This document shows positions 18,872 through 28,298 of a stretch of DNA of 64,000 nt, in pieces. The notes beneath the pieces are model-generated. The model had not been told where the DNA came from and made no database searches. It saw only the letters and a list, made by a program, of their open reading frames with translations. Origin of the DNA: an uncultured Chitinophaga sp. (GTDB lineage Bacteria > Bacteroidota > Bacteroidia > NS11-12g > UBA955); NCBI GenBank assembly GCA_964505065.1, contig CAZDGF010000009.1:1226-65225 (forward strand), given 5' to 3'. Made by a program: the position numbers and the translations under genes. Positions within the stretch are counted from its first letter, which is position 1, and each line of letters starts with the position of its first letter.

Positions 18872-21136
18872 ATGTCTATTTCTAAACTACAACAAGACGC
18901 ATTGGATTACCACAGCCAAGGCAAACCTGGTAAAATTGAAGTTATTCCCACAAAACCAACACAAACAAAAAGAGATTTAAGCCTTGCCTACTCGCCAGGT
19001 GTTGCCGAGCCTTGCTTAAAAATAGCTGAAAACGTAGAAGATGTATATAAATACACTGCCAAAGGCAATTTAGTAGCGGTAATAAGCAATGGTACAGCCG
19101 TTTTGGGCTTGGGCGATATTGGTGCAGAAGCCAGTAAACCTGTAATGGAGGGCAAAGGTGTTTTATTTAAAATATTTGCCGATATAGATGTATTTGATAT
19201 TGAGCTTAACACTAAAGACATTGAAGGTTTTATAGCTTGTGTAAAAGCATTGGAACCCACTTTTGGAGGTATAAATTTAGAAGATATAAAAGCCCCAGAA
19301 TGTTTTGAAATAGAGGAACGTTTAAAAGCAGAGCTTAAAATTCCTATAATGCACGATGACCAGCATGGTACGGCTATTATAAGCGGTGCAGCTTTGCTCA
19401 ATGCTTTAGAATTGGTAAATAAGCCTATTGATAAAATAAAAATGGTGGTGAATGGTGCAGGTGCAAGTGCTATGAGTTGTAGCAAATTATTTTTATCGCT
19501 TGGGGTAAAAAAAGAAAACCTTATAATGTTAGATAGCAAAGGAACTTTAAACCCTCGCAGAACAGATTTAGACAAATACAAAGATTTTTTTGTAAACAAT
19601 ACAACCATAGAAACATTGGAAGAGGCTATGAAAGGTGCAGATGTATTTGTAGGGCTTTCTAAAGCCAATATTTTAAGCCAAGATATGGTGCGTAGTATGG
19701 CAAAAGACCCTATTGTATTTGCAATGGCAAACCCCGACCCCGAAATTACCTATGAATTAGCAATTGCCGCTCGAGAGGATATTATTATGGCTACAGGCAG
19801 AAGTGATTATCCCAACCAAGTAAACAATGTATTGGGTTTTCCATTTATTTTTAGAGGCGCATTAGATGTTAGAGCAACTACCATTAATGAAGAAATGAAA
19901 CTGGCTGCTGTGCGAGCCATAGCCAGTCTTGCTAAAGAACCTGTGCCAGATAGCGTAATGAAAGCCTATAATGAAAACAGTGTAGAATTTGGCAGAACCT
20001 ATATTATACCAAAACCTATAGACCCTCGCCTAATAGAAACCGTAAGCCCTGCCGTGGCAAAAGCAGCAATGGAAAGCGGTGTAGCAAAAAAACCGATAGA
20101 AGATTGGGATAAATATAAATTAGAATTGCGTAATCGATTGGGGTTAGATAACCGATTTATTCGCAGAATAATGACAACAGCACGCAAGCAACCTAAGCGT
20201 GTAGTATTTGCCGAGGCCGATAATCTTAAAATATTAAAAGCCGCACAAATAGCTAAGGAAGAAGGCATAGCTATTCCTATTTTATTGGGCAATGTAGAAA
20301 AAATAAAATCTTTATTAATAGAGAACAGCATAGATTTAGGCGATGTAAAAATAATTGACCCATTAGTAGAAGATGCAAAAAGAGAATACTTTGGCAATAA
20401 ATTTTTTACCAAACGCCAACGCAAAGGCATTAATGTATACGAGGCAAACAAACTAATGCGCGATAGAAACTACTACGGCTGTATGATGGTAAACCAAGGC
20501 GAGGGCGATGCCTTTATTTCTGGATTAACCAAAAACTATCCAAAATCTTTAAAACCTGCTTTACAAATAGTTGGCAAAGAAGATGGCATTACCAAAATAG
20601 CAGGAATGTATATCATTATGACCAAAAAAGGACCATACTTTTTTGCAGATACCACAGTAAATGTAAACCCTACTGCCGAAGAGCTTGTAGAAATAGCTAA
20701 AATGACCCATGCCGAAGTTAAAAAAATGGGTGTAAACCCAACTATTGCTATGTTGAGTTATAGCAATTTTGGCAGCGCACAAGGCGAAATACCAGAAAAA
20801 GCAGCAAAAGCAGTTTCAATTCTTCATAAACAATACCCCGAAATAACTATAGATGGCGATATACAAGCCAACTTTGCTATGAACAATGATATGCTTACAG
20901 AAAATTTTCCTTTTAGTACCTTGGTAAATAAAGAAGTAAATACCTTTATTTTTCCAAACCTTGCAGCAGGGAATATTGCCTATAAATTTGCACAAAGCTT
21001 TGGCGCAGCAGAAAGCATGGGACCCGTTTTACTAGGCTTTAACAAATCAGTACATTTTCTGCAATTGGGCAGCAGTGTGCGCGAAATTGTAAATATGGTA
21101 GCCGTTGCGGTTTTAGATGCACAAGGGAAAAAATAA
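18872..21136 (+). CDS. maeB: NADP-dependent malic enzyme (malic enzyme domain plus phosphate-acetyltransferase-like domain)
   Basis: MSISKLQQDALDYHSQGKPGKIEV..., LSLAYSPGVA, VISNGTAVLGLGDIG, then a PTA-like C-terminal half. The track start at 18806 (TTG) adds 22 non-conserved aa. Confidence 0.9.
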   Translation: MSISKLQQDALDYHSQGKPGKIEVIPTKPTQTKRDLSLAYSPGVAEPCLKIAENVEDVYKYTAKGNLVAVISNGTAVLGLGDIGAEASKPVMEGKGVLFKIFADIDVFDIELNTKDIEGFIACVKALEPTFGGINLEDIKAPECFEIEERLKAELKIPIMHDDQHGTAIISGAALLNALELVNKPIDKIKMVVNGAGASAMSCSKLFLSLGVKKENLIMLDSKGTLNPRRTDLDKYKDFFVNNTTIETLEEAMKGADVFVGLSKANILSQDMVRSMAKDPIVFAMANPDPEITYELAIAAREDIIMATGRSDYPNQVNNVLGFPFIFRGALDVRATTINEEMKLAAVRAIASLAKEPVPDSVMKAYNENSVEFGRTYIIPKPIDPRLIETVSPAVAKAAMESGVAKKPIEDWDKYKLELRNRLGLDNRFIRRIMTTARKQPKRVVFAEADNLKILKAAQIAKEEGIAIPILLGNVEKIKSLLIENSIDLGDVKIIDPLVEDAKREYFGNKFFTKRQRKGINVYEANKLMRDRNYYGCMMVNQGEGDAFISGLTKNYPKSLKPALQIVGKEDGITKIAGMYIIMTKKGPYFFADTTVNVNPTAEELVEIAKMTHAEVKKMGVNPTIAMLSYSNFGSAQGEIPEKAAKAVSILHKQYPEITIDGDIQANFAMNNDMLTENFPFSTLVNKEVNTFIFPNLAAGNIAYKFAQSFGAAESMGPVLLGFNKSVHFLQLGSSVREIVNMVAVAVLDAQGKK

Positions 21137-21167
21137 GTTATTGGTTAGTTGTTATTAGTTAATTGTT

Positions 21168-21197
21168 CGTTCATTGAGTTTGTTGAAATGAACGTTT
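21168..21197 (+). terminator. Candidate terminator hairpin after maeB
   Basis: CGTTCATT / AATGAACG 8-bp stem, 11-nt loop, followed by TTTAAT. The T-tract is weak. Confidence 0.4.
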
Positions 21198-21215
21198 AAT
21201 ATTAGATTTATGTAA

Positions 21216-21692
21216 ATGAAAAAAATAATATTGATATTAGCCCTTTTTTCTGCAAATCTTGCTTTTAGCCAAAAGCAAATTGTAGCAGTTTTAGGAATAG
21301 AATGAGTAGATAGTCTTGAAGGCGATTTTTCTTTTAAAGATACTTGGAGTTATCCTGAAGGTGTTGGTCTAAACAATTTTGGACAATTAAGTTGCGATGG
21401 TTTTTGCCCTTATGAAGCCGATAGAATGAAAGACACTTTAGGACAAATTCATGACGATTCTTTAACCTCATTTTACAAAATTGTAGATACAACACACCAG
21501 TATTACACTATTAGTTGCGATGCTTGGTGCTACGAATGGGTAGGTACAAATTTTATAACAGTAAAAAGAAAGAATGAAAAAGAGGAGTTTTGTTATACAA
21601 CGAATAATGTAGGTACACATAGTAGTTTGAGAATTGATATATTAGGAGATTTGAGTAATCACAGAATTTGTTTAACCCAAATTAATCAATAG
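21216..21692 (+). pseudogene. Secreted hypothetical protein gene interrupted by an in-frame TGA (21303-21305); its 3' end runs into the MITE
   Basis: ATG at 21216 gives MKKIILILALFSANLAFSQKQIVAVLGIE-TGA-VDSLEGDFSFKDTWSYPEG..., in the same frame as track ORF 21426..21692. The last 5 sense codons and the stop lie inside MITE copy 1. Confidence 0.55.
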
Positions 21693-21820
21693 TAGATTTG
21701 AAAAATTGAACTATTTGATTTAGTTGGGATTAACCCCGATTTAAAAATTGCAATTATGTTTTGTAAAAACATGATTTGCAATTTGTTATTCGATTCAGCA
21801 ATTCTATTGCTGAATTTGGG
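21676..21820 (-). mobile_element. 145-bp MITE-like element, copy 1 (inverted relative to copies 2 and 3)
   Basis: Differs from each other copy at 4 of 145 positions, with no indels. Termini CCCAAATT...AATTTGGG. Flanked by TTTAA on both sides. Confidence 0.8.
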
Positions 21821-21837
21821 TTTAATACTATATTGCC

Positions 21838-22206
21838 TTATTTATCTCTAATCTTTAGTTCTATTTTATAATTATTAGGACGAATAAAATACTGGCTATC
21901 ATTTTTCGTAATCATACCTCCTGTAATATCCATTTCATATTGTTTAATTACAGAATCAGGGGCATTAAATTGTATTAAATTATAAATGCCTGTATATAAA
22001 TAATTTGTATTTGAGGCAAATAAATTTAGTTTTTCTTCTTATATAATAATGGTGTTGTTTTGTGTAATGGTATTTGACAATACAGTTATAGAAGTAATAT
22101 TAGTGCTATCAAATATTGTTTTATCCTCATTGTGTTGGGCATTCTTGCTTGCTTGAGTGTAAGAAACTAAAGCGACACAAATTAATTTGCCAAAGTATTT
22201 ATTCAT
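21838..22206 (-). pseudogene. Small secreted hypothetical protein gene interrupted by an in-frame TAA (22039-22041)
   Basis: Manual translation: MNKYFGKLICVALVSYTQASKNAQHNEDKTIFDSTNITSITVLSNTITQNNTIII-TAA-EEKLNLFASNTNYLYTGIYNLIQFNAPDSVIKQYEMDITGGMITKNDSQYFIRPNNYKIELKIRDK. Both halves are below the track cut-off. Confidence 0.45.
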
Positions 22207-22289
22207 GTTTAAATGTATTTAATTTTTTGCATTTTAGCTTACTAATCTAACAGCATAGGAAATAGGCATTATAAAGGGGCAATATTTTT

Positions 22290-23804
22290 TTATTCTACCC
22301 TTTCTAGCCTTATCATATAATCGCCCACTTGTAGGCTATTTACAATAACCATACCGCTTATAACTTGAGCAAAAATAGTGTATCGTCCATCTAAATGCGG
22401 GGTATAAGTGTGGGTTATAAAAAATTGAACCCCTTCGCTATCCATACCGGCACTGGCTATACCTACACTACCTGGCTTATAGCTTAAAAAATTGCTAACT
22501 TCTGTTCGTTGGCTCCAGTTTAAAGCGCCCCAACCATCGCCACGAGGGCAGCCGCCTTGTACCACAAAATTGGGCACCATTCTGTGAAAAAATTTGCCAT
22601 TGTAATAGCCGCTATCTACCAATTGTAAAAAATTAGCCACCGTAGCAGGGGCATCGTTTACCTTACATTCCAATATTATTTCGCCCTTATTGGTTAAAAT
22701 ACGCACCTTTTGGTTTTCTTTTATTTTGGCTACGTTTTGCCAGTTTATGGGGCGGTTGAATGGCGGTGGGCTATAAGTATATTTTTGATTATAAAGCTGC
22801 GCTATTGTTTTATCAATATCTGCCAAAGCTTCAAAATCTTGAGGCATTTGTAAAAACTTTTTCATTATAACCAATTCAGGTAGTATATCCTTTTTGTTTT
22901 TTAAAAATAATGAATCTTTTCTTATCTGCTCGCAAGCTATAGATATAAAGGCAGGGTTGCGTGTACGAATATAGGTAATCAGCATTTTTTCTCTAAAAAG
23001 CTGCTGCATGGTATCTTTTAAATATTCTTCGGCTACGTATGTTTTAAGCGCATCGGAAGCATTTTCTGTAAACACAAAATCTACCAAATAGCCATTTTTT
23101 ATGTCGCATTTTTTCATAAATGCTATTTGCTCATAAGGATTTGAAATTGTAATCAACGAATCGAAAATGGCTTTGTTAGAAAGTTTATAAATTGGCTTTT
23201 CTTCCGCTTGAATAGTTTGTTTACCAATATATAGTTCTGCTAATTCTTTATTTTCGGGCAAGATAATATTGGGCATACTATTTAATACATATTGTTTCAA
23301 ATTTATGCTTGATATTTTTTTTCTTTTGGCTTGCAACAATGCCTTTAAATATGGCGTTAAAAGGCTATCATTCTGAGGTAAATTTTCTTCAAAAAAAACT
23401 ATTGCGTTGGTATTTGCACTTTTGCCAATAGCTTCCATTAATACGTTTTTTACCTTTGTGTTTTTTTCTTTTTTATAAGCTGCTATTAGTTGATTGCAAA
23501 ATTTTGCATTGCGCAATTGCCCAATAGCATAGGCGGCTGCCATTCTTATTTCTGTAAATTTTTCTACTTTTAGGCGGTTAAATAAATGGGGTGTAATGGT
23601 GCTATCTTGCACGCTGGCATAAGCTAAAACGGCTGTATATCTGTAAAAAGCATTTTTAGAGGTTAAATAAGGTAATAGCAATTTTGATTGCCTTTTATCT
23701 TGCAAATCATAAATTTTTTGTTGGGTAATATCTGTAAATTTATTTTGTGCAATATTGTTTAAACTAAAGCAGCATAAGGCACAAAAGGCAAAAATTATTT
23801 TCAT
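22290..23804 (-). CDS. HEAT-repeat protein fused to a cyclophilin-type peptidyl-prolyl isomerase
   Basis: C-terminus FHRMVPNFVVQGGCPRGDGWG...GSVGIASAG (cyclophilin). The N-terminal half is HEAT/armadillo-like. Signal peptide starts at MKIIFAFCALCC (ATG 23804). Confidence 0.8.
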   Translation of the reverse strand: MKIIFAFCALCCFSLNNIAQNKFTDITQQKIYDLQDKRQSKLLLPYLTSKNAFYRYTAVLAYASVQDSTITPHLFNRLKVEKFTEIRMAAAYAIGQLRNAKFCNQLIAAYKKEKNTKVKNVLMEAIGKSANTNAIVFFEENLPQNDSLLTPYLKALLQAKRKKISSINLKQYVLNSMPNIILPENKELAELYIGKQTIQAEEKPIYKLSNKAIFDSLITISNPYEQIAFMKKCDIKNGYLVDFVFTENASDALKTYVAEEYLKDTMQQLFREKMLITYIRTRNPAFISIACEQIRKDSLFLKNKKDILPELVIMKKFLQMPQDFEALADIDKTIAQLYNQKYTYSPPPFNRPINWQNVAKIKENQKVRILTNKGEIILECKVNDAPATVANFLQLVDSGYYNGKFFHRMVPNFVVQGGCPRGDGWGALNWSQRTEVSNFLSYKPGSVGIASAGMDSEGVQFFITHTYTPHLDGRYTIFAQVISGMVIVNSLQVGDYMIRLERVE

Positions 23805-23889
23805 ATATAAATGGGTAAAACTATACAAAATTAAAACAATAGTGCATATAAACTAAAATTTTATTTAATTTCGTTCATTCTTATTTTGA

Positions 23890-25656
23890 ATGAAAAAAAT
23901 ATGTTTAATAATTATACTTGTTGGTTTTAAACACTTGGTGTATTGCCAACAATACCTATTAAGCGTATCCGAAAATACTTTAAACTTTAAAATACAAACC
24001 AAGGGCGATAGCATATTTCATTTAATGCAATTAAAAAAAATGAATAACTACTACAAAGCCAATGGATATGCCACTTTTAATTTAGATACTTTAGATTGGA
24101 ACTATAAAAACAAACAACTCAATGCTACTATTTTTATAGGTAAAAAATATACTATTCAACAACTTACTATTTTGCCCGATACCCTTTTTTTACAAGATAA
24201 ATTAAGTCTAATTTCACGCTATAAAAACAATGAATTAGACACACAAAACATACAAAAATTAGCCAATACTATTTTAACCCAATTAGAAAACAATGGCTAT
24301 CCTTTTGCTGCCGTAAATAGCAATATTATGGTTAAAAATAATACTACAAGTGTAAATTTACAAATAGATAAAGGGGCGTTTTTTATATTCGACACTTTAA
24401 ATATTGAAGGCAAAATAAAAGTTAAAAAAAGTTTTTTAGAAGCCTATACAGGTCAAAAACATGGTAAAGCTTACAACGAAGAATTGTTTATAAAATCTTT
24501 TTCCAAACTCAATCAATTGCCTTTTTTATCCTCAATTCGCAATCCGCAAATGGCATTTGTAAATGGTGGCTTTGCCCGCCCTTTTTTGTATTTAGAAAAG
24601 AAAAAAGCCGACCAAATAAATGGTATAATTGGTTTAGCACCCAGCAATACTGCCAATTCAAATAATCCACCTTTGGCATTTACAGGCGAATTTTTATTGA
24701 AACTCAATAATTTATTTAGAAGCGGAAAAATGTTGATGATAAATTGGCGAAGCTTTAAGGCACGCTCGCAAGAGTTAAAAACAGGCTTTAATTACCCATA
24801 TCTATTAGGCAAACCCTTAGGAATAGATTTGGCTTTAGATGTACTAAAATTCGATACACTTTTTACCACACTTTTTAGGCAAATTGGTTTTCAATACTAC
24901 ACATCGGGTATTAATGGGCTAAAAGTGTTTTACAATGTAAACTCTACAAACCTTAATACAGTAGATACCAATGCCATAAAAACAAGCAAAACATTTCCTG
25001 CCACAAATGCCATATCAGTAAGCCAATATGGTGTAAGTGCTAATTTTAATTTGTTAGATTACCGTTTCAATCCGCAAAAAGGTTGGTGGATAGACGGTTT
25101 TATTTCCGCAGGTACAAAACAAATTTTAAAAGACAATAAAATAGAAAGCATTCGTTTTGGCACCATGCCAAATACCTATAATTTATACGACTCTACAACG
25201 CTAAAAACAACGCAATACCGCTTAAAATTGAAAGCAGATAAATTTATACCTATTGCTGTAAAAAGCACATTTAAAATTGGCATTGATTTGGAACAAATAG
25301 TAGCCCCTCAAATATATTTTAACGAAGTATTAAGAGTAGGTGGAATAAATTCTTTAAAAGGATTTAACGAACAGAGTATATTTGCAACAAATTTCAATAT
25401 GCTTGAGTTTGAGTACCGCTACCTTTTAAGTACCAACTCGCACATAAAAGCATTTTGGAATGGCGCATATTATGAAGATAAAAGTTTTGGTAAAAAAAAT
25501 AACACTTACGATACACCTTGGGGCTTTGGCTTGGGTGCAAATTTAGAAACACGTGCAGGCATTTTATCCATTATATACGCGCTTGGCAAGGAAAAAGGCA
25601 ATAATTTCGACCTTCGTACAGGAAAAATACATTTTGGACTTAGCAGTTATTTTTAA
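23890..25656 (+). CDS. BamA/TamA-family (surface antigen D15-like) outer-membrane protein
   Basis: Signal peptide, POTRA-like N-terminal region, C-terminal beta-barrel ending ...GKIHFGLSSYF (terminal aromatic). Confidence 0.55.
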   Translation: MKKICLIIILVGFKHLVYCQQYLLSVSENTLNFKIQTKGDSIFHLMQLKKMNNYYKANGYATFNLDTLDWNYKNKQLNATIFIGKKYTIQQLTILPDTLFLQDKLSLISRYKNNELDTQNIQKLANTILTQLENNGYPFAAVNSNIMVKNNTTSVNLQIDKGAFFIFDTLNIEGKIKVKKSFLEAYTGQKHGKAYNEELFIKSFSKLNQLPFLSSIRNPQMAFVNGGFARPFLYLEKKKADQINGIIGLAPSNTANSNNPPLAFTGEFLLKLNNLFRSGKMLMINWRSFKARSQELKTGFNYPYLLGKPLGIDLALDVLKFDTLFTTLFRQIGFQYYTSGINGLKVFYNVNSTNLNTVDTNAIKTSKTFPATNAISVSQYGVSANFNLLDYRFNPQKGWWIDGFISAGTKQILKDNKIESIRFGTMPNTYNLYDSTTLKTTQYRLKLKADKFIPIAVKSTFKIGIDLEQIVAPQIYFNEVLRVGGINSLKGFNEQSIFATNFNMLEFEYRYLLSTNSHIKAFWNGAYYEDKSFGKKNNTYDTPWGFGLGANLETRAGILSIIYALGKEKGNNFDLRTGKIHFGLSSYF

Positions 25657-25696
25657 AACAGCCCTTTTATTGAGCATTGCTTTTTTACCCAAAAAA

Positions 25697-26572
25697 ATGA
25701 ATGCCCAAAATATTGATAGTACCGCACAATTAAATGCTGCTATTCAGCTTTTAGAAGCTAAATATTTAACTGATTCTTTAGGAAATGATTCTTTTAAAAT
25801 AGATACTTTAGTGCCCGAAAAATTTGTAGGTTACGATAAAAAAATATTCCTTAACTCTAAAAAAAATATTAGAAACTCATTGCTTTTTTCTCAAAATCCA
25901 CCATTTAGAAAAAACATGAGCAATTGGGTAGTATTTATTTGGGCTATTTTTATTTGCCTTATTATTATAGTATTTAAAAAAAGTTTTCCTACCCAGTTCT
26001 ATTTAATCAATAGAGCAGCTTTTAGCAATTTAAGTTTTAGAGAATTTTATGATACCCAAACAGATGTATTTAAAGGCAGCAAACTTTTTGCTTGGTTTAT
26101 TATTAGCCAAATATTTGCTCTAGGTTTATTTATTGTTTTAAAGTTAAGTTTCAAATTGCTATTTACAAACGATTTGTATTTGATTCTTTATGTTTCAATT
26201 GGCACAATATTTATCTTTATTTTAAATCAAAATTTGAAATCTTTATTTTCTTTAGCTTTTCAACAGCCCACCTTAAATAAAGATTATGCCATTATTTTTC
26301 GCACCCAATCTTTCATAATTGCAATAATTTTACTTCCCGTTTTATTGTTTATTTATTATACCAATAATATTGAATATCAAAAACTTACAGGCTTTTTTAT
26401 CATCGTTTTTTTATTGATAATATATGCTAGCAGTATTCTAAAATTTACGTTTTCAGGATTGTTTTCAGAAAGGCAATCAAGTATATTTTTAATTTTGTAT
26501 CTTTGCGCCTTTGAAATTTTACCCATACTTGTATTGGTAAAATCGGTAAATAATTTGTTATTCAATGGATAA
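25697..26572 (+). CDS. Multi-pass membrane protein, DUF4271-like
   Basis: Six or more TM helices. Lies immediately upstream of, and overlaps, the hemD-like gene, the usual Bacteroidota arrangement. Start moved to ATG 25697 to avoid overlap with the upstream gene. Confidence 0.5.
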   Translation: MNAQNIDSTAQLNAAIQLLEAKYLTDSLGNDSFKIDTLVPEKFVGYDKKIFLNSKKNIRNSLLFSQNPPFRKNMSNWVVFIWAIFICLIIIVFKKSFPTQFYLINRAAFSNLSFREFYDTQTDVFKGSKLFAWFIISQIFALGLFIVLKLSFKLLFTNDLYLILYVSIGTIFIFILNQNLKSLFSLAFQQPTLNKDYAIIFRTQSFIIAIILLPVLLFIYYTNNIEYQKLTGFFIIVFLLIIYASSILKFTFSGLFSERQSSIFLILYLCAFEILPILVLVKSVNNLLFNG

Positions 26573-27323
26573 AGAGGCAAAAGTAAAAACAATACTGGTA
26601 TCGCAAACCAAACCAGAGAGCGGAAAAACTATTTTTGACGACATAGCTGCTAAATTGAAACTAAAAATAGACTTTAGGTCATTTATTCAATTAGAAGCCA
26701 TTCCTGGTAGAGATTTAAGGCGCAAAAAATTGAGCATTTTAAACCATACCGCCATTATTTTTAATTCTAAAAATGCTGTTGACCATTTTTTTAGAGTGGT
26801 AGAAGAATTGAGAATAGAGCTGCCCATAGATATGAAATATTTTTGTATGACAGAAGGCATAGGGCTTTATATTCAAAAATATACCATTATGCGCAAGCGC
26901 AAAGTATTTTTTCCGAAAACAAATTTAGAATCAGATTTTTTTAATTTAATACTGAACCATAAAACAGAAAAATACCTTTTTCCTTGCTCGGATATTCGTA
27001 AAAAAACCATTCCCGAATTTTTTGCAAAACATAAACTTCAATTTGTTGAAAGCGTTATGTACAAAACTGTTTCTGCAGATTTGAGCGATCTTGAAAATGT
27101 ATTTTATGATATGATTGTTTTCTTTAGCCCTGCAGATATAAAATCTTTATTTGAAAACTTTCCGGATTTTAAACAAAATAAAACACGCTTAGCAGCCTTT
27201 GGCGAAAGTACACACAGAGCCATAGCCGAATATAAACTTGAATGTAATATTCCTGCTCCTACAAAACAATATCCCTCTATTGTATCGGCTATAGAGGCTT
27301 ACATTAAAAAAGCAAACGCTTAA
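26565..27323 (+). CDS. hemD: Uroporphyrinogen-III synthase (HemD-like)
   Basis: KTILVSQTKPE...IDFRSFIQLE...HTAIIFNSKNAVDHFFRVVEELR...MKYFC resembles the Bacteroidota HemD family. Confidence 0.7.
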   Translation: MDKEAKVKTILVSQTKPESGKTIFDDIAAKLKLKIDFRSFIQLEAIPGRDLRRKKLSILNHTAIIFNSKNAVDHFFRVVEELRIELPIDMKYFCMTEGIGLYIQKYTIMRKRKVFFPKTNLESDFFNLILNHKTEKYLFPCSDIRKKTIPEFFAKHKLQFVESVMYKTVSADLSDLENVFYDMIVFFSPADIKSLFENFPDFKQNKTRLAAFGESTHRAIAEYKLECNIPAPTKQYPSIVSAIEAYIKKANA

Positions 27324-27365
27324 TCATATTTTTTAAAAAGCGTTTTAAAATAAGCCCATAAAACA

Positions 27366-28247
27366 ATGAAAATAGGGATATACGCAAAAGTAATTGCCAA
27401 TAAAACGCAACTGTTGTTGGCTAAAAGTATTATAGATTTTTTACAATCGGAAAATGTAGATATTTGTTTACATCAAAACCTATTTCAGCAATTTAAACAA
27501 AACGATTACACCCCAATAGCCCAAAATAAATGCTTTACACATTTAAGCATTGCCAATAAAACCATAGATTATTTGCTAACCATAGGTGGCGATGGTACCA
27601 TATTAGATGCAATAGAAATTATAGGCAGCTCTGGTGTGCCGCTTATAGGTATAAATACTGGGCGATTGGGCTTTTTAGCCTCTGTTTCTTCCGAAAGCCT
27701 AATTAGCACTTTTAACGAACTTAAAAGAGGCAGCTACCAATTAGATAAAAGAAGCCTTTTGCAATTGGAAAGCAATTTGCCCCTTTTTGATTTTAACTAT
27801 GCCATGAACGATTTTGTGTTGCATAAAAAAGAAACAAGCAGCATGATAACTGTACATGCTTTCTTAAATGGCGAACCGCTAAACTCCTACTGGGCAGATG
27901 GCTTGATTGTTGCCACGCCCACAGGCTCAACAGGCTATTCTTTAAGTTGCGGAGGTCCTATATTGTTTCCAAAATCTGCCAGCTTGGTGGTAACCCCCAT
28001 AGCGCCCCACAACCTAAATGTACGCCCTGTAATTATACCAGACGACCAAGTGCTAAGTTTTGAAATAGAAGGGCGAAGCAATTTTCATTTAGCCAGCTTG
28101 GATAGTCGCTCGGTTACTATAGATGGCAAGGTACAAATAGCTATACGCAAAGCCAATTTTCAAATAAACCTTGTACGTTTTGAAGGCGATACCTACCTTA
28201 AAAACTTGCGTAATAAAATGCTTTGGGGATTAGACCAAAGAAATTAA
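27366..28247 (+). CDS. nadK: NAD kinase
   Basis: GGDGTILDA, GINTGRLGFL, ATPTGSTGYSLSCGGPI. Confidence 0.9.
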   Translation: MKIGIYAKVIANKTQLLLAKSIIDFLQSENVDICLHQNLFQQFKQNDYTPIAQNKCFTHLSIANKTIDYLLTIGGDGTILDAIEIIGSSGVPLIGINTGRLGFLASVSSESLISTFNELKRGSYQLDKRSLLQLESNLPLFDFNYAMNDFVLHKKETSSMITVHAFLNGEPLNSYWADGLIVATPTGSTGYSLSCGGPILFPKSASLVVTPIAPHNLNVRPVIIPDDQVLSFEIEGRSNFHLASLDSRSVTIDGKVQIAIRKANFQINLVRFEGDTYLKNLRNKMLWGLDQRN

Positions 28248-28298
28248 AAAATTTTAGAACATTAAAAAAAAGATGTAGGTTTGAGAAATGTTTAACCT

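Noticed and set aside
18988-19668. 226-aa ORF antisense to maeB, and similar long shadow ORFs. Examples: 19999..20451, 13799..14170, 32183..32590, 34494..34892, 42885..43232, 55644..56018, 59078..59467, 59479..59781, 8517..8729, 8712..8957.
   Set aside because: Each lies entirely inside, and antisense to or out of frame with, a gene whose product I recognise with high confidence. Their translations are low-complexity (Ser/Leu/Phe/Ile-rich), as expected for shadow frames.
21303-21305. In-frame TGA as selenocysteine or as evidence of an alternative genetic code (TGA as Trp or Gly).
   Set aside because: TGA clearly terminates other well-defined genes in the window, for example the porQ-like gene at 40696-40698. 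I see no SECIS-like hairpin immediately downstream. The second interrupted gene nearby uses TAA. A nonsense mutation or a sequencing error is the simpler explanation.
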